Origin: an uncultured Gammaproteobacteria bacterium
GTDB lineage: Bacteria; Patescibacteriota; Patescibacteriia; UBA9934
Length of the DNA stretch: 64,000 nt
Direction: 5' to 3'
Assembly (NCBI GenBank): GCA_964552565.1
Contig: CAZKGL010000001.1
Location: forward strand, 25,875-89,874
Under the pieces are notes generated by a model, which did no database searches, was not told the origin of the DNA, and worked only from the letters and a program-made list of their open reading frames with translations. Below, one piece after another: positions 17,753 to 26,936 of this stretch. Made by a program: the position numbers and the translations under genes. Each line of letters begins with the position of its first letter. Within the stretch, counting starts at the first letter, position 1.

Positions 17753-18403
17753 ATGGTACAATTCCCCCATCCTATGATGATTTCCTGGAACGGTTTTGGA
17801 AGCTATACCCTTGCAGCAAAAACGGGGGAGGGCGACGTGACGGTCGTGACGAACCCCTTTTCGCGCGATGACGGCCCGAAGTTCCCGCGTTCGCTTGCCG
17901 CATCGCTTATCGTGACGAGCCATGACGGCCCGGACGCAGACAATATCGAGGCCGTTGCCCCGGAATATCCGGAGGCGAAGCGCTGTCCGTTCATCGTCAA
18001 CCATGCGGGCGAGTTCGAGGTCCGCGGCGTCGCGGTGGCCGGCGTCCGTGCGCCGAAAAAGGACGGCACGGAGCACACCATCTACCGCATCGACGCGGAG
18101 GGGATGGCCATCGGATTCCTTGGCGCGCTCGATCGTCCGCTGACGGACAAAGAAGCCGAGGCGCTTGGGAATATCGACGTGCTCATCGTCCCTGCGGGCG
18201 GCAAGGAGGTGCTGAGCGCGGGCGCGGCGGCGGAAGTGGTGGCGCTTGTCGAGCCGCGGCTCGTCATTCCGTCGTATGCGGAGGATCCGTCGGCGTTCTG
18301 CCGTGAACTGTCCTGCCCGACGGAGTCGTCCACGAAACTCAAACTGACGCGCCCGGGGCTTCCGGAAGAAGACATGAAGATTGTGACGCTGAGTAAAGAT
18401 TAG
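17753..18403 (+). CDS. MBL-fold metallo-hydrolase family protein
   Basis: beta-lactamase-fold pattern VTNPF...VTSHDGPDADN...IPSY; ORF 17588.. trimmed to ATG after tRNA-like element. Confidence 0.55.
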   Translation: MVQFPHPMMISWNGFGSYTLAAKTGEGDVTVVTNPFSRDDGPKFPRSLAASLIVTSHDGPDADNIEAVAPEYPEAKRCPFIVNHAGEFEVRGVAVAGVRAPKKDGTEHTIYRIDAEGMAIGFLGALDRPLTDKEAEALGNIDVLIVPAGGKEVLSAGAAAEVVALVEPRLVIPSYAEDPSAFCRELSCPTESSTKLKLTRPGLPEEDMKIVTLSKD

Positions 18404-18404
18404 T

Positions 18405-18806
18405 ATGGAGGGCAACCGCATCGTCATCGACCCGACGCACGGACACCGGCGCAGCCGGACGTTCGCGCTCCTCGTCGTCCTCGGCCTCGCCGTCGTCGGC
18501 GGCGTCTGGTATTTCCAGCTTCGCACCATGGTGCGCCAGGCGCGCCTGTCTGAAGCCGTCGAAGACCTTGCGGCGATCGAGGAGGCGATGCGCGAAAGCT
18601 TTGACGAGTCCCGTGCGGCGGTCGACGCCGCGGCAGACGGTGTCGTCCCGGACGGCGTCGTCGAGGCGATCGGCGGCGAGATCGTCGAAGCACGCGCAAA
18701 AGACGCAGTCGCCGGCGAGATCGTGGAAGGATTTGCCGCCGAGGCGGAGGCCGAGGTTGCGGCAGAAGAAGCGCCGGTCCCAGAAGAGGAACCCGCGAGC
18801 GAGTAA
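18405..18806 (+). CDS. small membrane-anchored acidic protein
   Basis: one N-terminal TM helix, Ala/Glu-rich tail; starts 2 nt after upstream stop. Confidence 0.4.
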   Translation: MEGNRIVIDPTHGHRRSRTFALLVVLGLAVVGGVWYFQLRTMVRQARLSEAVEDLAAIEEAMRESFDESRAAVDAAADGVVPDGVVEAIGGEIVEARAKDAVAGEIVEGFAAEAEAEVAAEEAPVPEEEPASE

Positions 18807-18814
18807 GTTGATTT

Positions 18815-21334
18815 ATGGCAAAACACGAAGCAGCAGCACCGGAGGAGGGGAAGGGGCCTGAAGAGGCCATGACGCCGATCGGTACCATTTTGGCGCAAAA
18901 TATTTCCGAAGAGATGCGACGGGCGTACCTCGACTACGCCATGTCGGTCATCGTGTCGCGCGCGCTCCCCGACGTCCGCGACGGCATGAAACCGGTCCAC
19001 CGCCGCATTTTGTACGCGATGTGGACCATCGGGCTCCGCGCAAACGCGAAGTTCCGCAAGTCGGCGACGATCGTCGGTGAAGTGCTTGGTAAGTACCACC
19101 CGCACGGCGACGCGTCGGTGTACGATTCCATGGTGCGCATGGCGCAGGATTTTTCGTACCGCAACCCGCTCGTCACCGGCCAGGGCAACTTCGGTTCGAT
19201 GGACGGCGACTCGGCCGCGGCCTACCGCTACACCGAGGCGAAGCTCTCCGGCATCGCCGAGGAACTGCTCCTCGATATCGAGAAGCACACGGTCGATTTC
19301 CGTCCGAACTACGACGCCAGCCATGACGAGCCGTCGGTTCTGCCGGCGAAGTTCCCGAACCTTCTCGTGAACGGCACGCTCGGCATCGCGGTCGGCATGG
19401 CGACGAACATCCCGCCGCATAACCTCCGCGAGGTGTGCAACGCCATCATCCACCTGCTTGGGCACAAAGATGCGTCGGTTGAAGACTTGCTTGAACACAT
19501 CAAGGGCCCGGACTTCCCGACGGGCGGCATCGCGTATTCCCAGGCCGACATCCGCGCGGCGTATTCGAGCGGCAAGGGCGGCGTCGTCGTCCGCGCGAAG
19601 GCCGAGGTCGTGGAGAACAAGAAGGGCGACAGCATGATTGTCGTCGAGGAGATCCCGTACATGGTGAACAAGGCGTCGCTTATCGAGAAGATCGCCGACC
19701 TCGTGCGCGAAAAGAAGCTCGAGGGCATCAAGGACCTCCGCGACGAGTCGAACAAGGAGGGCGTCCGCATCGTCATTGAGCTCAAGAAGGACGCCTACCC
19801 GCGCAAGGTGCTGAACCGGCTGTACCAGCTCACGCCGATGCAGACGACTTTCCACTACAACATGCTCGCGCTCGTCGACGGCATCCAGCCGCGCATCTTG
19901 AACCTCAAGATGATTCTGGAAGAGTGGCTGAAGCACCGCAAAGAGGTCGTCCGCCGCCGCACGGAGTACGAACTCGAGCGCATCAAGGAACGCCTGCACA
20001 TCTTGGAAGGCTTGCGCATCGCGCTCGAGAAGATTGACGAGGTCATCGCGACCATCAAGAAGTCGAAGGACAAGGACGAGGCGCGCGACAACCTCATGAA
20101 GAAGTTCACGATGACCGAGCGCCAGGCGGTCGCCATTCTTGAGATGCGCCTCCAGAGCCTTGCGAACCTCGAGCGCCTCAAGATCGAGGAGGAGTACAAG
20201 GAGAAGCTGGCCATCATGGAAGAACTCGAGAGCATCTTGAAGTCCGAGAAGAAAATGGAGGGCGTCATCGCCAAGGAGACCGAAGAACTTTCCGCAAAGT
20301 ATGGCGACGACCGCAAGACGCAGATCATGCGCAACGGCGTGAAGGAGTTCTCCATGGAGGATATCATTCCGGACGTGCCGGCGGTCATCATGATGACGAA
20401 GGACGGGTACATTAAGCGCCTGCCGGCTGACACGTTCGCCCAGCAGGGGCGCGGCGGCAAGGGCGTCATCGGCCTCACGACGAAGGAAGAAGATACGGTC
20501 GAGGCCGTCTATTCGACGACGACGCACCAGGACATGATGTTCTTCACGAGCCGCGGCCGCGTCTTCCGCCTGAAGGCGTACGACATCCCGGAGGCCTCGC
20601 GCACCGCGAAGGGCCAGGCGATCGTGAACTTCCTCGAGCTCGGCCCGGGCGAGAAGGTCTCCGCGGTTTTGACCGGCGACCTCAAGAAGGAAAAAGCGAA
20701 GTACATCGTCATGGTGACGAGCAAGGGCACCATCAAGAAGACGAAACTTGAGGACTTCGAGAACGTCCGCAAATCCGGGCTCATCGCCATCAAACTGAAC
20801 GACGGCGATAACCTCGAGTGGGTCCGCACCTCGACCGGCAAGGACGACATCATGCTCGTCACGGCGAACGCAATGTCGATCCGCTTTGGCGAAGCGGACG
20901 TGCGACCGATGGGCCGTGTCGCGGCCGGCGTGCGCGGCATCAAGCTGAAGGGCGACGACTACGTGGTCGGCATGGAGGTCATGACGCCGGATGACATCAA
21001 GGACGGCCGCCAGCTCTTCGTCATCATGGAAAACGGGCTTGGGAAGCGCACCGACATCGAAGAATACGGCGTGCAGAACCGCGGCGGCCAGGGTGTGAAG
21101 ACGGCGCAGATTACCGCGAAGACCGGCCAGCTCGTTGCCGGCTACGTCGTCAAAGCGGACGACCCGCGCGACCTCCTGCTTGTCTCCAAGGCGGGGCAGG
21201 TCATCCGCACCGCGGTGACGAGCGTTTCGGTCATTGGCCGTGCCACGCAGGGCGTGCGCGTCATGCGCTTCAAGAGCGAGGGCGACAAGGTCGTGACGGC
21301 GGCGCTCGTCGGGGCGGAAACCAAGGAAGAGTAA
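18815..21334 (+). CDS. gyrA: DNA gyrase subunit A
   Basis: [29 protein letters not shown] with active-site region; alternative start at 18869 (MTPIG) aligns better with E. coli N-terminus. Confidence 0.95.
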   Translation: MAKHEAAAPEEGKGPEEAMTPIGTILAQNISEEMRRAYLDYAMSVIVSRALPDVRDGMKPVHRRILYAMWTIGLRANAKFRKSATIVGEVLGKYHPHGDASVYDSMVRMAQDFSYRNPLVTGQGNFGSMDGDSAAAYRYTEAKLSGIAEELLLDIEKHTVDFRPNYDASHDEPSVLPAKFPNLLVNGTLGIAVGMATNIPPHNLREVCNAIIHLLGHKDASVEDLLEHIKGPDFPTGGIAYSQADIRAAYSSGKGGVVVRAKAEVVENKKGDSMIVVEEIPYMVNKASLIEKIADLVREKKLEGIKDLRDESNKEGVRIVIELKKDAYPRKVLNRLYQLTPMQTTFHYNMLALVDGIQPRILNLKMILEEWLKHRKEVVRRRTEYELERIKERLHILEGLRIALEKIDEVIATIKKSKDKDEARDNLMKKFTMTERQAVAILEMRLQSLANLERLKIEEEYKEKLAIMEELESILKSEKKMEGVIAKETEELSAKYGDDRKTQIMRNGVKEFSMEDIIPDVPAVIMMTKDGYIKRLPADTFAQQGRGGKGVIGLTTKEEDTVEAVYSTTTHQDMMFFTSRGRVFRLKAYDIPEASRTAKGQAIVNFLELGPGEKVSAVLTGDLKKEKAKYIVMVTSKGTIKKTKLEDFENVRKSGLIAIKLNDGDNLEWVRTSTGKDDIMLVTANAMSIRFGEADVRPMGRVAAGVRGIKLKGDDYVVGMEVMTPDDIKDGRQLFVIMENGLGKRTDIEEYGVQNRGGQGVKTAQITAKTGQLVAGYVVKADDPRDLLLVSKAGQVIRTAVTSVSVIGRATQGVRVMRFKSEGDKVVTAALVGAETKEE

Positions 21335-21461
21335 TGATAAGGTCGGGACTCGGGTACGTCGTTGTGCTGCGCAGCTGTGCGACGTCGTTGGCGGCTCGCG
21401 CTGCTCGCCGACGACTGGGCACAGACGCCTCCGCCCAACGACGCACCGCTCGTCCCTCCAC

Positions 21462-21497
21462 ATAGCCGGGGTCCCTGTACCCCGGCTATTGTGTTTG
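21462..21497 (+). terminator. terminator after gyrA (CCGGGGT-CCCTGT-ACCCCGG + T-tract)
   Basis: hairpin then ATTGTGTTTGG. Confidence 0.65.
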
Positions 21498-21504
21498 GCT
21501 GCGC

Positions 21505-21532
21505 TTGACGTGCCTTCCCCTGATCCTACAGT
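21505..21532 (+). promoter_or_regulatory. promoter TTGACG-16-TACAGT
   Basis: hexamers upstream of KGG-repeat gene. Confidence 0.55.
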
Positions 21533-21591
21533 GGGAGAGGATCATTCTTAACCGCACGTATATGCTGTACGTTGAAGAAAAGGGCGGGTCG

Positions 21592-21837
21592 ATGACGACC
21601 GCGGAAGCCGGCCGCATGGGCGGCGAGAAGGTCGCCCGCGAGCGTGGACCCGAGTTCTTCTCGGAGATCGGGAAGAAGGGCGGGGAGGCCCGCAAGGAGC
21701 AGCTCGGCCCGGAAGGGTACTCGGAGCTCGGCCGCAAGGGCGGCGAGACCGTTGCTCGCGAACGCGGCCCGGAGTTCTTCTCGGAAATCGGGCAGAAGGG
21801 CGGCCGTTCCGCCCGTGGCGGCGAGGAGATTGAATAA
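21592..21837 (+). CDS. KGG-repeat general stress protein (YciG/GsiB-like)
   Basis: repeated GGEKVARERGPEFFSEIGKKGGEARKE units. Confidence 0.6.
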   Translation: MTTAEAGRMGGEKVARERGPEFFSEIGKKGGEARKEQLGPEGYSELGRKGGETVARERGPEFFSEIGQKGGRSARGGEEIE

Positions 21838-21855
21838 GAACTTCAGAAAAAGAGC

Positions 21856-21893
21856 AGCCGCACCCCCGAGACGATGGGGGTGCGGTGCGTTTT
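21856..21893. terminator. bidirectional terminator (CCGCACCCCC-loop-GGGGGTGCGG)
   Basis: 10-bp GC stem plus TTTTGG. Confidence 0.65.
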
Positions 21894-21899
21894 GGCCGG

Positions 21900-22673
21900 T
21901 CAGGCCTTGGTCGGGCGGAGCTTGAGGAGCACGAGGCCGTCCCAGCAGGGGAGCATGACCGGGTCGAATCGGTCGGGCGGCGGGTAGCCCTTCCGTCCGA
22001 AGACGCCCTCGTTGAAGCGCCGAAGCGCCTCGCCGGCCGCGCCGCGCAGGAGGTCGTTGGCGACCCGGCCGTGCCACAGCGTGTTGTCGACCGCGACGAT
22101 GGCATTCGGCGCGAGGAGCGCGGTGACGGCCTCCAGGTAGGCGCCGTACTCGAGCTTGTTCGCGTCGATGTACACGAAGTCGAACTGCGCGCCCCGCGCC
22201 TTGAGCTTCGCGATCGTGTCGAGCGCCGGTCCGATCTGCGGGTCGATCCGGGACTCGACCCCCGCCTTCCCCCAGAACGGCAGGCCGACCTTGGGGAGGT
22301 CGGGGTCGATGTCGCAGGTGACGACCACGCCATCCGCGGGGACGGCGAGCGCGAAGGCGAGCGTCCCGTACCCGGTGAAGGTCCCGATCTCGAGCACGCG
22401 TTTGGCGCCTCGGTCGCGGATGAGCCAGGAGAGGAACGCGGCCTGGGAGGGGTCGCTCTGCATGACGGCGTCGCCGCCACGCTTCTCGGTCTCCTCGCGC
22501 AGCGCCCGCTGCTCCGGCGTCTCGCACGCGAGCTCGTCGTCGAGGTAGGCCCGCATGCGGCCGGTGAGCAGGACGCCCTTGCCGAAGAAGGCCCACACGA
22601 CCTCCTGGACGACGCTCGCGATGAGGCCGGTGAGGAGGGAGGAGTATCGGTCGAGGGTTTTTTCGATGTCCAC
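21900..22673 (-). CDS. class I SAM-dependent O-methyltransferase (caffeoyl-CoA OMT family)
   Basis: LEIGTFTGYGTLAFA SAM motif, DFVYIDANK motif. Confidence 0.8.
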   Translation of the reverse strand: MDIEKTLDRYSSLLTGLIASVVQEVVWAFFGKGVLLTGRMRAYLDDELACETPEQRALREETEKRGGDAVMQSDPSQAAFLSWLIRDRGAKRVLEIGTFTGYGTLAFALAVPADGVVVTCDIDPDLPKVGLPFWGKAGVESRIDPQIGPALDTIAKLKARGAQFDFVYIDANKLEYGAYLEAVTALLAPNAIVAVDNTLWHGRVANDLLRGAAGEALRRFNEGVFGRKGYPPPDRFDPVMLPCWDGLVLLKLRPTKA

Positions 22674-22724
22674 GGTAGTGGCTCCGGGTGTCGGGGAAAA
22701 GGGGAAACGGGAATCCGACCGCCC

Positions 22725-22753
22725 AGAGTAGCAAAAAATGACGGCTGCGTCAA
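22725..22753 (-). promoter_or_regulatory. promoter TTGACG-17-TACTCT (minus)
   Basis: hexamers upstream of OMT gene. Confidence 0.55.
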
Positions 22754-22772
22754 TGAGCGATTGGGCTAATGC

Positions 22773-22801
22773 TTGACGTTTTTTGGGCTATCCGCTACCA
22801 T
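22773..22801 (+). promoter_or_regulatory. promoter TTGACG-17-TACCAT for rpmF
   Basis: divergent from OMT promoter. Confidence 0.55.
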
Positions 22802-22829
22802 TCGCGCATTCTCAACCACCCGCATTCCT

Positions 22830-23090
22830 ATGCCGTTGCCATCATTCCGCAGTTCCCGATCCAAGGTCCGCCGCCGCCGCAGCCACCACGCCCTGAAGCC
22901 GATTGCGATCGGCGTGTGTAAGGCCTGTGGCGCTGAAGCTCTCGCGCACCGCGCCTGCCCGAAGTGCGGCCAGTACAACGGCCGTGCCGTCAAAGGTGGC
23001 ATGGAAGCGGTCGAAGCGAAGCTTGCGAAGGCTCCGAAGGTCAAAAAGGCCGACGCCGAGCCGACCGACGAAGCCCCGAAGGCTGAATAA
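22830..23090 (+). CDS. rpmF: 50S ribosomal protein L32
   Basis: [23 protein letters not shown] and CxxC...CxxC zinc ribbon; K/A/E-rich C-tail. Confidence 0.8.
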   Translation: MPLPSFRSSRSKVRRRRSHHALKPIAIGVCKACGAEALAHRACPKCGQYNGRAVKGGMEAVEAKLAKAPKVKKADAEPTDEAPKAE

Positions 23091-23094
23091 GCGA

Positions 23095-23128
23095 AACAAA
23101 GCGTCCTCCGGGACGCTTTGTCGTTGGA
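23095..23128 (+). terminator. terminator after rpmF (CAAAGCGTCC/GGACGCTTTG)
   Basis: 10-bp perfect stem. Confidence 0.55.
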
Positions 23129-23178
23129 GGGGGTCAGGAGGTATACTTTCCGTGCCGGGCGTAAATCCCGGATGTCCT

Positions 23179-23670
23179 ATGTCCAACCGCCACCTTGCTC
23201 GCACCATGGCCATGCAAGCCCTCTATGAGTGGGACTTTCGCGGCCAGGATGTGAGCCGCATTCCCGAGCTCGTCGCCTACGTGAAGGCCGAGTTCGCCCC
23301 GGACTTCGATGACGGGGGCTATGTCGAACGCCAGGTTACGGCCGTCGTGACGCGCCGTGACGAGCTCGACGCGTTACTGCAACAGTTCGCGCCAAACTGG
23401 ACCGTTGCGAGCATGACGATCATGGATCGCAACATTTTGCGTTTGGGAGCGTACGAGCTGCGGTTTGACGAACACATTCCATCAAAAGTCGCCATCAACG
23501 AGGCCATCGAACTTGGCAAGACGTTTGGCGGCGACGCGTCCGGCAAGTTTGTGAACGGCGTCCTCGGCGCCATTTTTAAGGATATGGTGGCCAAGGGGGA
23601 GCTGAAGAAGATCGATACCGAAGAGAAGAAAGAGGAAAAGACGGGCGACGAACCCAAAAAGACTGACTAA
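23179..23670 (+). CDS. nusB: transcription antitermination factor NusB
   Basis: RLGAYEL and [10 protein letters not shown] motifs. Confidence 0.85.
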   Translation: MSNRHLARTMAMQALYEWDFRGQDVSRIPELVAYVKAEFAPDFDDGGYVERQVTAVVTRRDELDALLQQFAPNWTVASMTIMDRNILRLGAYELRFDEHIPSKVAINEAIELGKTFGGDASGKFVNGVLGAIFKDMVAKGELKKIDTEEKKEEKTGDEPKKTD

Positions 23671-23676
23671 CCGATT

Positions 23677-24369
23677 ATGCAGAAAGACATTTCCGCACTC
23701 GCCGTACAGCTCGGCATCCCGTACAAGGCCGACGGGCACCTGGAACAGGCCGTCGTGCACCGCAGTTACCTCAACGAACATCCCGAGTTTCCGCTTGCGC
23801 ACAACGAACGTTTGGAGTTCCTCGGGGACGCCGTGCTCGAGCTCGTCGTCACCGAGTACCTCTACAACAACTATGACAACGAGGAAGGCGAACTGACGAC
23901 GTGGCGCAGCGCGCTGGTGAACGGTGACAGCCTTTCTCAAGTCGCGACCGACCTCGGCGTCGAGCCCTACCTCTACCTCTCGAAGGGCGAAGAGAAGGAT
24001 GCGAACTCCAAAGCGCGCCGCACCATCCTTGCGGACGCGATGGAGGCCGTCATCGGCGCAATATACAATGACTTTGGCTGGGACACGGCGAAAGAGTTCA
24101 TCTTACGGACCATCGTCGCCAAACTCGACACTATCATCAGCAAACGCCTGTACCTCGACCCCAAGAGCCGCTTCCAGGAGGCGGCGCAGTCTCGGCTGTC
24201 CATTACGCCGAGCTACAAGGTGCTCGATGAAGCCGGGCCTGATCACCAAAAGCAGTTCACGATCGGCGTGTATCTCGGCAAGGAGCTTGTCGCCGAAGGG
24301 AGGGGGAGCTCAAAGCAAGAGGCGCAGATCGCTGCGGCCGAAGAAGGCCTCAAGGCGAAAGGTTGGTAG
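23677..24369 (+). CDS. rnc: ribonuclease III
   Basis: ERLEFLGDAVLELVVTEYL signature, C-terminal dsRBD. Confidence 0.9.
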   Translation: MQKDISALAVQLGIPYKADGHLEQAVVHRSYLNEHPEFPLAHNERLEFLGDAVLELVVTEYLYNNYDNEEGELTTWRSALVNGDSLSQVATDLGVEPYLYLSKGEEKDANSKARRTILADAMEAVIGAIYNDFGWDTAKEFILRTIVAKLDTIISKRLYLDPKSRFQEAAQSRLSITPSYKVLDEAGPDHQKQFTIGVYLGKELVAEGRGSSKQEAQIAAAEEGLKAKGW

Positions 24370-24621
24370 TTAGGTTTCGGTCTCGTACCCGACGTGGATC
24401 CGGCGTTTGCCGGTCCGCAACTCGAACTCCCGATTGCCCTCCATCGCGTCGCGCGCCTCCCCGAACTTTTCCCGCGCCTTCTCCTTGGTCCGGTCATACC
24501 AGTCGCGTACCGCTTCGCGCCGTCCCTCGCCGCGTTCGCCCATGAAGAGGTAGGCGAGGACGCCGGCGACCGCTGCAAGGATTCCGAGCGAGATGCCTGC
24601 CCGTGCTGCCGTGTTCGTCAT
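24370..24621 (-). CDS. small membrane-anchored hypothetical protein (YtxH-like?)
   Basis: N-terminal TM helix, charged tail. Confidence 0.35.
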   Translation of the reverse strand: MTNTAARAGISLGILAAVAGVLAYLFMGERGEGRREAVRDWYDRTKEKAREKFGEARDAMEGNREFELRTGKRRIHVGYETET

Positions 24622-24687
24622 ATGCAAGGGGTTATGAGTTATACCGTCACCCTACCGACACGGTGGCTGGCGTCAAACTGATCGGAT

Positions 24688-25155
24688 ATGCCGCATATTC
24701 ATGAGAAGATTGATTTTACTTCCGAGGTGTTTATCGTGCGCGAGGGACGCGTGCTTCTGCGCCTTCACGACAAGTATCACATCTGGCTCAGCGTTGGCGG
24801 ACACATCGAGCTCGACGAAGATCCCGTCGAGGCGGTGTTACGAGAAGCAAAAGAAGAGGTCGGGCTTGACATCGAGCTTATCGGGAGCTGCACGGAGACA
24901 GGAGACGCCCGCCCTGGATATAGGGAACTTCTCGTGCCTCGTGGCATGAACAGGCACAGGATCAACGATACACATGAGCATATTACGTTCGTCTATTTTG
25001 CTCGGAGCGCCAGCGGGGAAGTGGTAGCGGGCGGGAACGATGCGAGTCCGACGTGGCGGTGGTGTTCGCGTGAAGACCTCGACGACCCCGCGCTTCAGTT
25101 GCAATCCAACATCAAGTATTACGCCATTGCCGCTTTGGAGGCTGCATCAGAATAA
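24688..25155 (+). CDS. NUDIX hydrolase
   Basis: Nudix box GGHIELDEDPVEAVLREAKEEVGL. Confidence 0.8.
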   Translation: MPHIHEKIDFTSEVFIVREGRVLLRLHDKYHIWLSVGGHIELDEDPVEAVLREAKEEVGLDIELIGSCTETGDARPGYRELLVPRGMNRHRINDTHEHITFVYFARSASGEVVAGGNDASPTWRWCSREDLDDPALQLQSNIKYYAIAALEAASE

Positions 25156-25220
25156 AAAAAAGAGATCCGCCGATAGTAAATGGAATGCGGTCGAAACATG
25201 CAGGGTCCCGCCACAAAACA

Positions 25221-25250
25221 AAAACCCCCGCCGTCACGGCAGGGGTTTTT
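25221..25250 (+). terminator. terminator after NUDIX gene
   Basis: AAAAACCCCCGCCG-loop-GGCAGGGGTTTTT. Confidence 0.6.
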
Positions 25251-25324
25251 GGTGCACCGGGGGGGATTCGAACCCACGACCAAAGGATTAAGAGTCCTCT
25301 GCTCTACCACTGAGCTACCGGTGC
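25250..25324 (-). tRNA. tRNA-Lys (anticodon CTT)
   Basis: acceptor GCACCGG/CCGGTGC, D-arm GCTC-AGTGGTA-GAGC, anticodon loop CTCTTAA, T-loop TTCGAAT (one U-C mismatch in T-stem). Confidence 0.8.
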
Positions 25325-25367
25325 GCGGCATTGTGGCGAAACTAACGCGAAAAGGATGCCATATTCG

Positions 25368-25396
25368 TTGACCTAAGTCAAGATTTTTGCTAGCAT
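25368..25396 (+). promoter_or_regulatory. promoter TTGACC-17-TAGCAT for tRNA-Arg; palindromic TTGACCTAAGTCAA also gives a divergent TTGACT -35 facing tRNA-Lys
   Basis: hexamers 16 nt upstream of tRNA-Arg 5' end. Confidence 0.55.
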
Positions 25397-25412
25397 TGCG
25401 GGGTTACCGCAT

Positions 25413-25489
25413 GCGGCCTTAGCTCAGTGGATTAGAGCATCTGGCTTCGAACCAGAGGGTCGGGGGTTCGAATCCCTCAGGCCGCACCA
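25413..25489 (+). tRNA. tRNA-Arg (anticodon TCG)
   Basis: acceptor GCGGCCT/AGGCCGC, anticodon loop CTTCGAA, T-arm GGGGG-TTCGAAT-CCCTC, CCA. Confidence 0.85.
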
Positions 25490-25490
25490 G

Positions 25491-25524
25491 AAAACCGCTT
25501 CTCGAACGAGAGGCGGTTTTCTTG
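25491..25524 (+). terminator. terminator after tRNA-Arg
   Basis: CCGCTTCTCG-AAC-GAGAGGCGG then TTTTCTTGTTG. Confidence 0.6.
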
Positions 25525-25530
25525 TTGTGG

Positions 25531-25558
25531 TTGACGCGGGGGTGGCCGTGGGTACGGT
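25531..25558 (+). promoter_or_regulatory. promoter TTGACG-16-TACGGT
   Basis: upstream of hemerythrin gene. Confidence 0.45.
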
Positions 25559-25593
25559 GACAGCAGGCCGGGATGCCGGCGTAACGCCCGACT

Positions 25594-26043
25594 ATGAATA
25601 TTTTTGACATGATCATCCGCGACCATGATGAGGCGAAGGAGCTCATGGAAGTCATCGCGAAGGAGCGGGACACGGAGGAGGCGTGTACGGCGTTTGAAGA
25701 GCTGAAGGCGGCGCTCCTCGCGCACGCGAAAGCGGAACAGGAGGTGCTCTACCATGCGTTGCGCGAACGGAGGGAGACGCATGCGCTCATCCTCGAGGCG
25801 GATGAGGAGCACCGGCTTGCGGAGCAAATGCTCGATGAGCTTGAGCGCGGCGACGCATCGGACGACGAGTGGCACGCCAAGTTTGTGGTGCTCAAGCACA
25901 GTGTCGAACACCACATGCGCGAGGAAGAGAACGCGCTGCTGCCAAAGGCGAAGCACGTGCTGAGTCGGGACGAGGTTGCCGAGCTGACGGACGACTTCGT
26001 CGACGCCAAGGCGAAGTACGAGGGCGTGCTGGTCGGTGCTTGA
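25594..26043 (+). CDS. hemerythrin HHE cation-binding domain protein
   Basis: H...HxxxE...H...HxxxE spacing (HDEAKE, HAKAEQ, EEHRLAEQ, HSVEHHMREEE). Confidence 0.65.
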   Translation: MNIFDMIIRDHDEAKELMEVIAKERDTEEACTAFEELKAALLAHAKAEQEVLYHALRERRETHALILEADEEHRLAEQMLDELERGDASDDEWHAKFVVLKHSVEHHMREEENALLPKAKHVLSRDEVAELTDDFVDAKAKYEGVLVGA

Positions 26044-26142
26044 CGAATGGCGGGTTTTCGGGCATTCTTGTGCTCGCTTCCGCGCCAATATTCCCGCGGA
26101 GCAACTGGAGTCCGATTGTCGACGATCCAGCCCGTCCCGTGC

Positions 26143-26484
26143 ATGAACCCGAACCACCCCCCGACCGCCGGCGTCTGCATGCCGTGCATCGAGGAGTTCC
26201 CGCGCCGCACCCCGCCGGCGAAGATGACCCCGAACGAGATCTTCTCCGAGGTCGTCCTCATCGCGGTCCACGGCAAGCTCGCCAAGGGGCCGCGCGCGAA
26301 GCTGCGCCTCAAGGAGCTCATCGGCAAGCTGCAGGTGCCGGGGGTCGCCTTCAAGGACGGGTCGGGCACGCCCGAGCTGGAGCTCGTCGCGCGCAACATC
26401 GACGCGATCGCCGCAGCGCTCCTCAACCCGCGCGGCCGCCACGCCGCGCCGACGGGGCAGCCGCACGCCCGCGCCGCGGTGTAG
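26143..26484 (+). CDS. hypothetical protein (very high GC3)
   Basis: 113-aa ORF with GC3 >90 %; start uncertain (in-frame ATG at 26047 also possible). Confidence 0.4.
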   Translation: MNPNHPPTAGVCMPCIEEFPRRTPPAKMTPNEIFSEVVLIAVHGKLAKGPRAKLRLKELIGKLQVPGVAFKDGSGTPELELVARNIDAIAAALLNPRGRHAAPTGQPHARAAV

Positions 26485-26574
26485 GGTCCGTCATCGTCTT
26501 CCCGCAGGGGCCTCGTCCGCATCGGTCGGACGGGGCCTCTTCTCATTGTCATTCCGGCAAGATATCGCCGTATT

Positions 26575-26612
26575 GGAAGCTCAGCTTCGAAGCTCAGCTT
26601 CCAAGCTGAGAT
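26575..26612 (+). repeat. tandem palindromic 13-mers GAAGCTCAGCTTC x2 + CAAGCTGAG; last copies form terminator hairpin + ATTTTGATT
   Basis: direct reading. Confidence 0.7.
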
Positions 26613-26649
26613 TTTGATTCCGCTGACCTGTGTTATACTGCTCTTAGCT

Positions 26650-26853
26650 ATGTCACTCCTTCTTCTCATCGGCCTGGTCATGGCCGGCGTGCCGTTCCTC
26701 CTCATCGTCGGCTTTGCTGGGTTTATTTTCGTCTCGTTCATGAACGACGACAAGGACGCGAAGGGGCTTTTTACGGTCGCGCTCATCGTCATGGGCATCG
26801 GTGTCGCGCTCATCCTCGCGCACGTCGTCACCCAGTGGGTGACGATCACGTAG
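26650..26853 (+). CDS. small 3-TM membrane protein (leaderless; TATACT 10 nt upstream of ATG; alt TTG start 26614)
   Basis: hydrophobic 67-aa ORF. Confidence 0.4.
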   Translation: MSLLLLIGLVMAGVPFLLIVGFAGFIFVSFMNDDKDAKGLFTVALIVMGIGVALILAHVVTQWVTIT

Positions 26854-26873
26854 CCAGTTTTCCCGCATACCGC

Positions 26874-26909
26874 ATAGGCGGGGCCACCGAGCCCCGCCTT
26901 GCGATTTCG
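26874..26909 (+). terminator. hairpin GGCGGGG-CCACCGAG-CCCCGCC + TTGCGATTTCGG in proS 5' region
   Basis: stem-loop and T-rich tail. Confidence 0.45.
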
Positions 26910-26936
26910 GCGATTAGCCATTACCATCGAGTCACT

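Noticed and set aside
17651-21463. 1270-aa minus-strand ORF
   Set aside because: It is antisense to gyrA, the MBL hydrolase and adjacent genes. It has no motifs and Arg-rich junk composition, a typical high-GC artefact.
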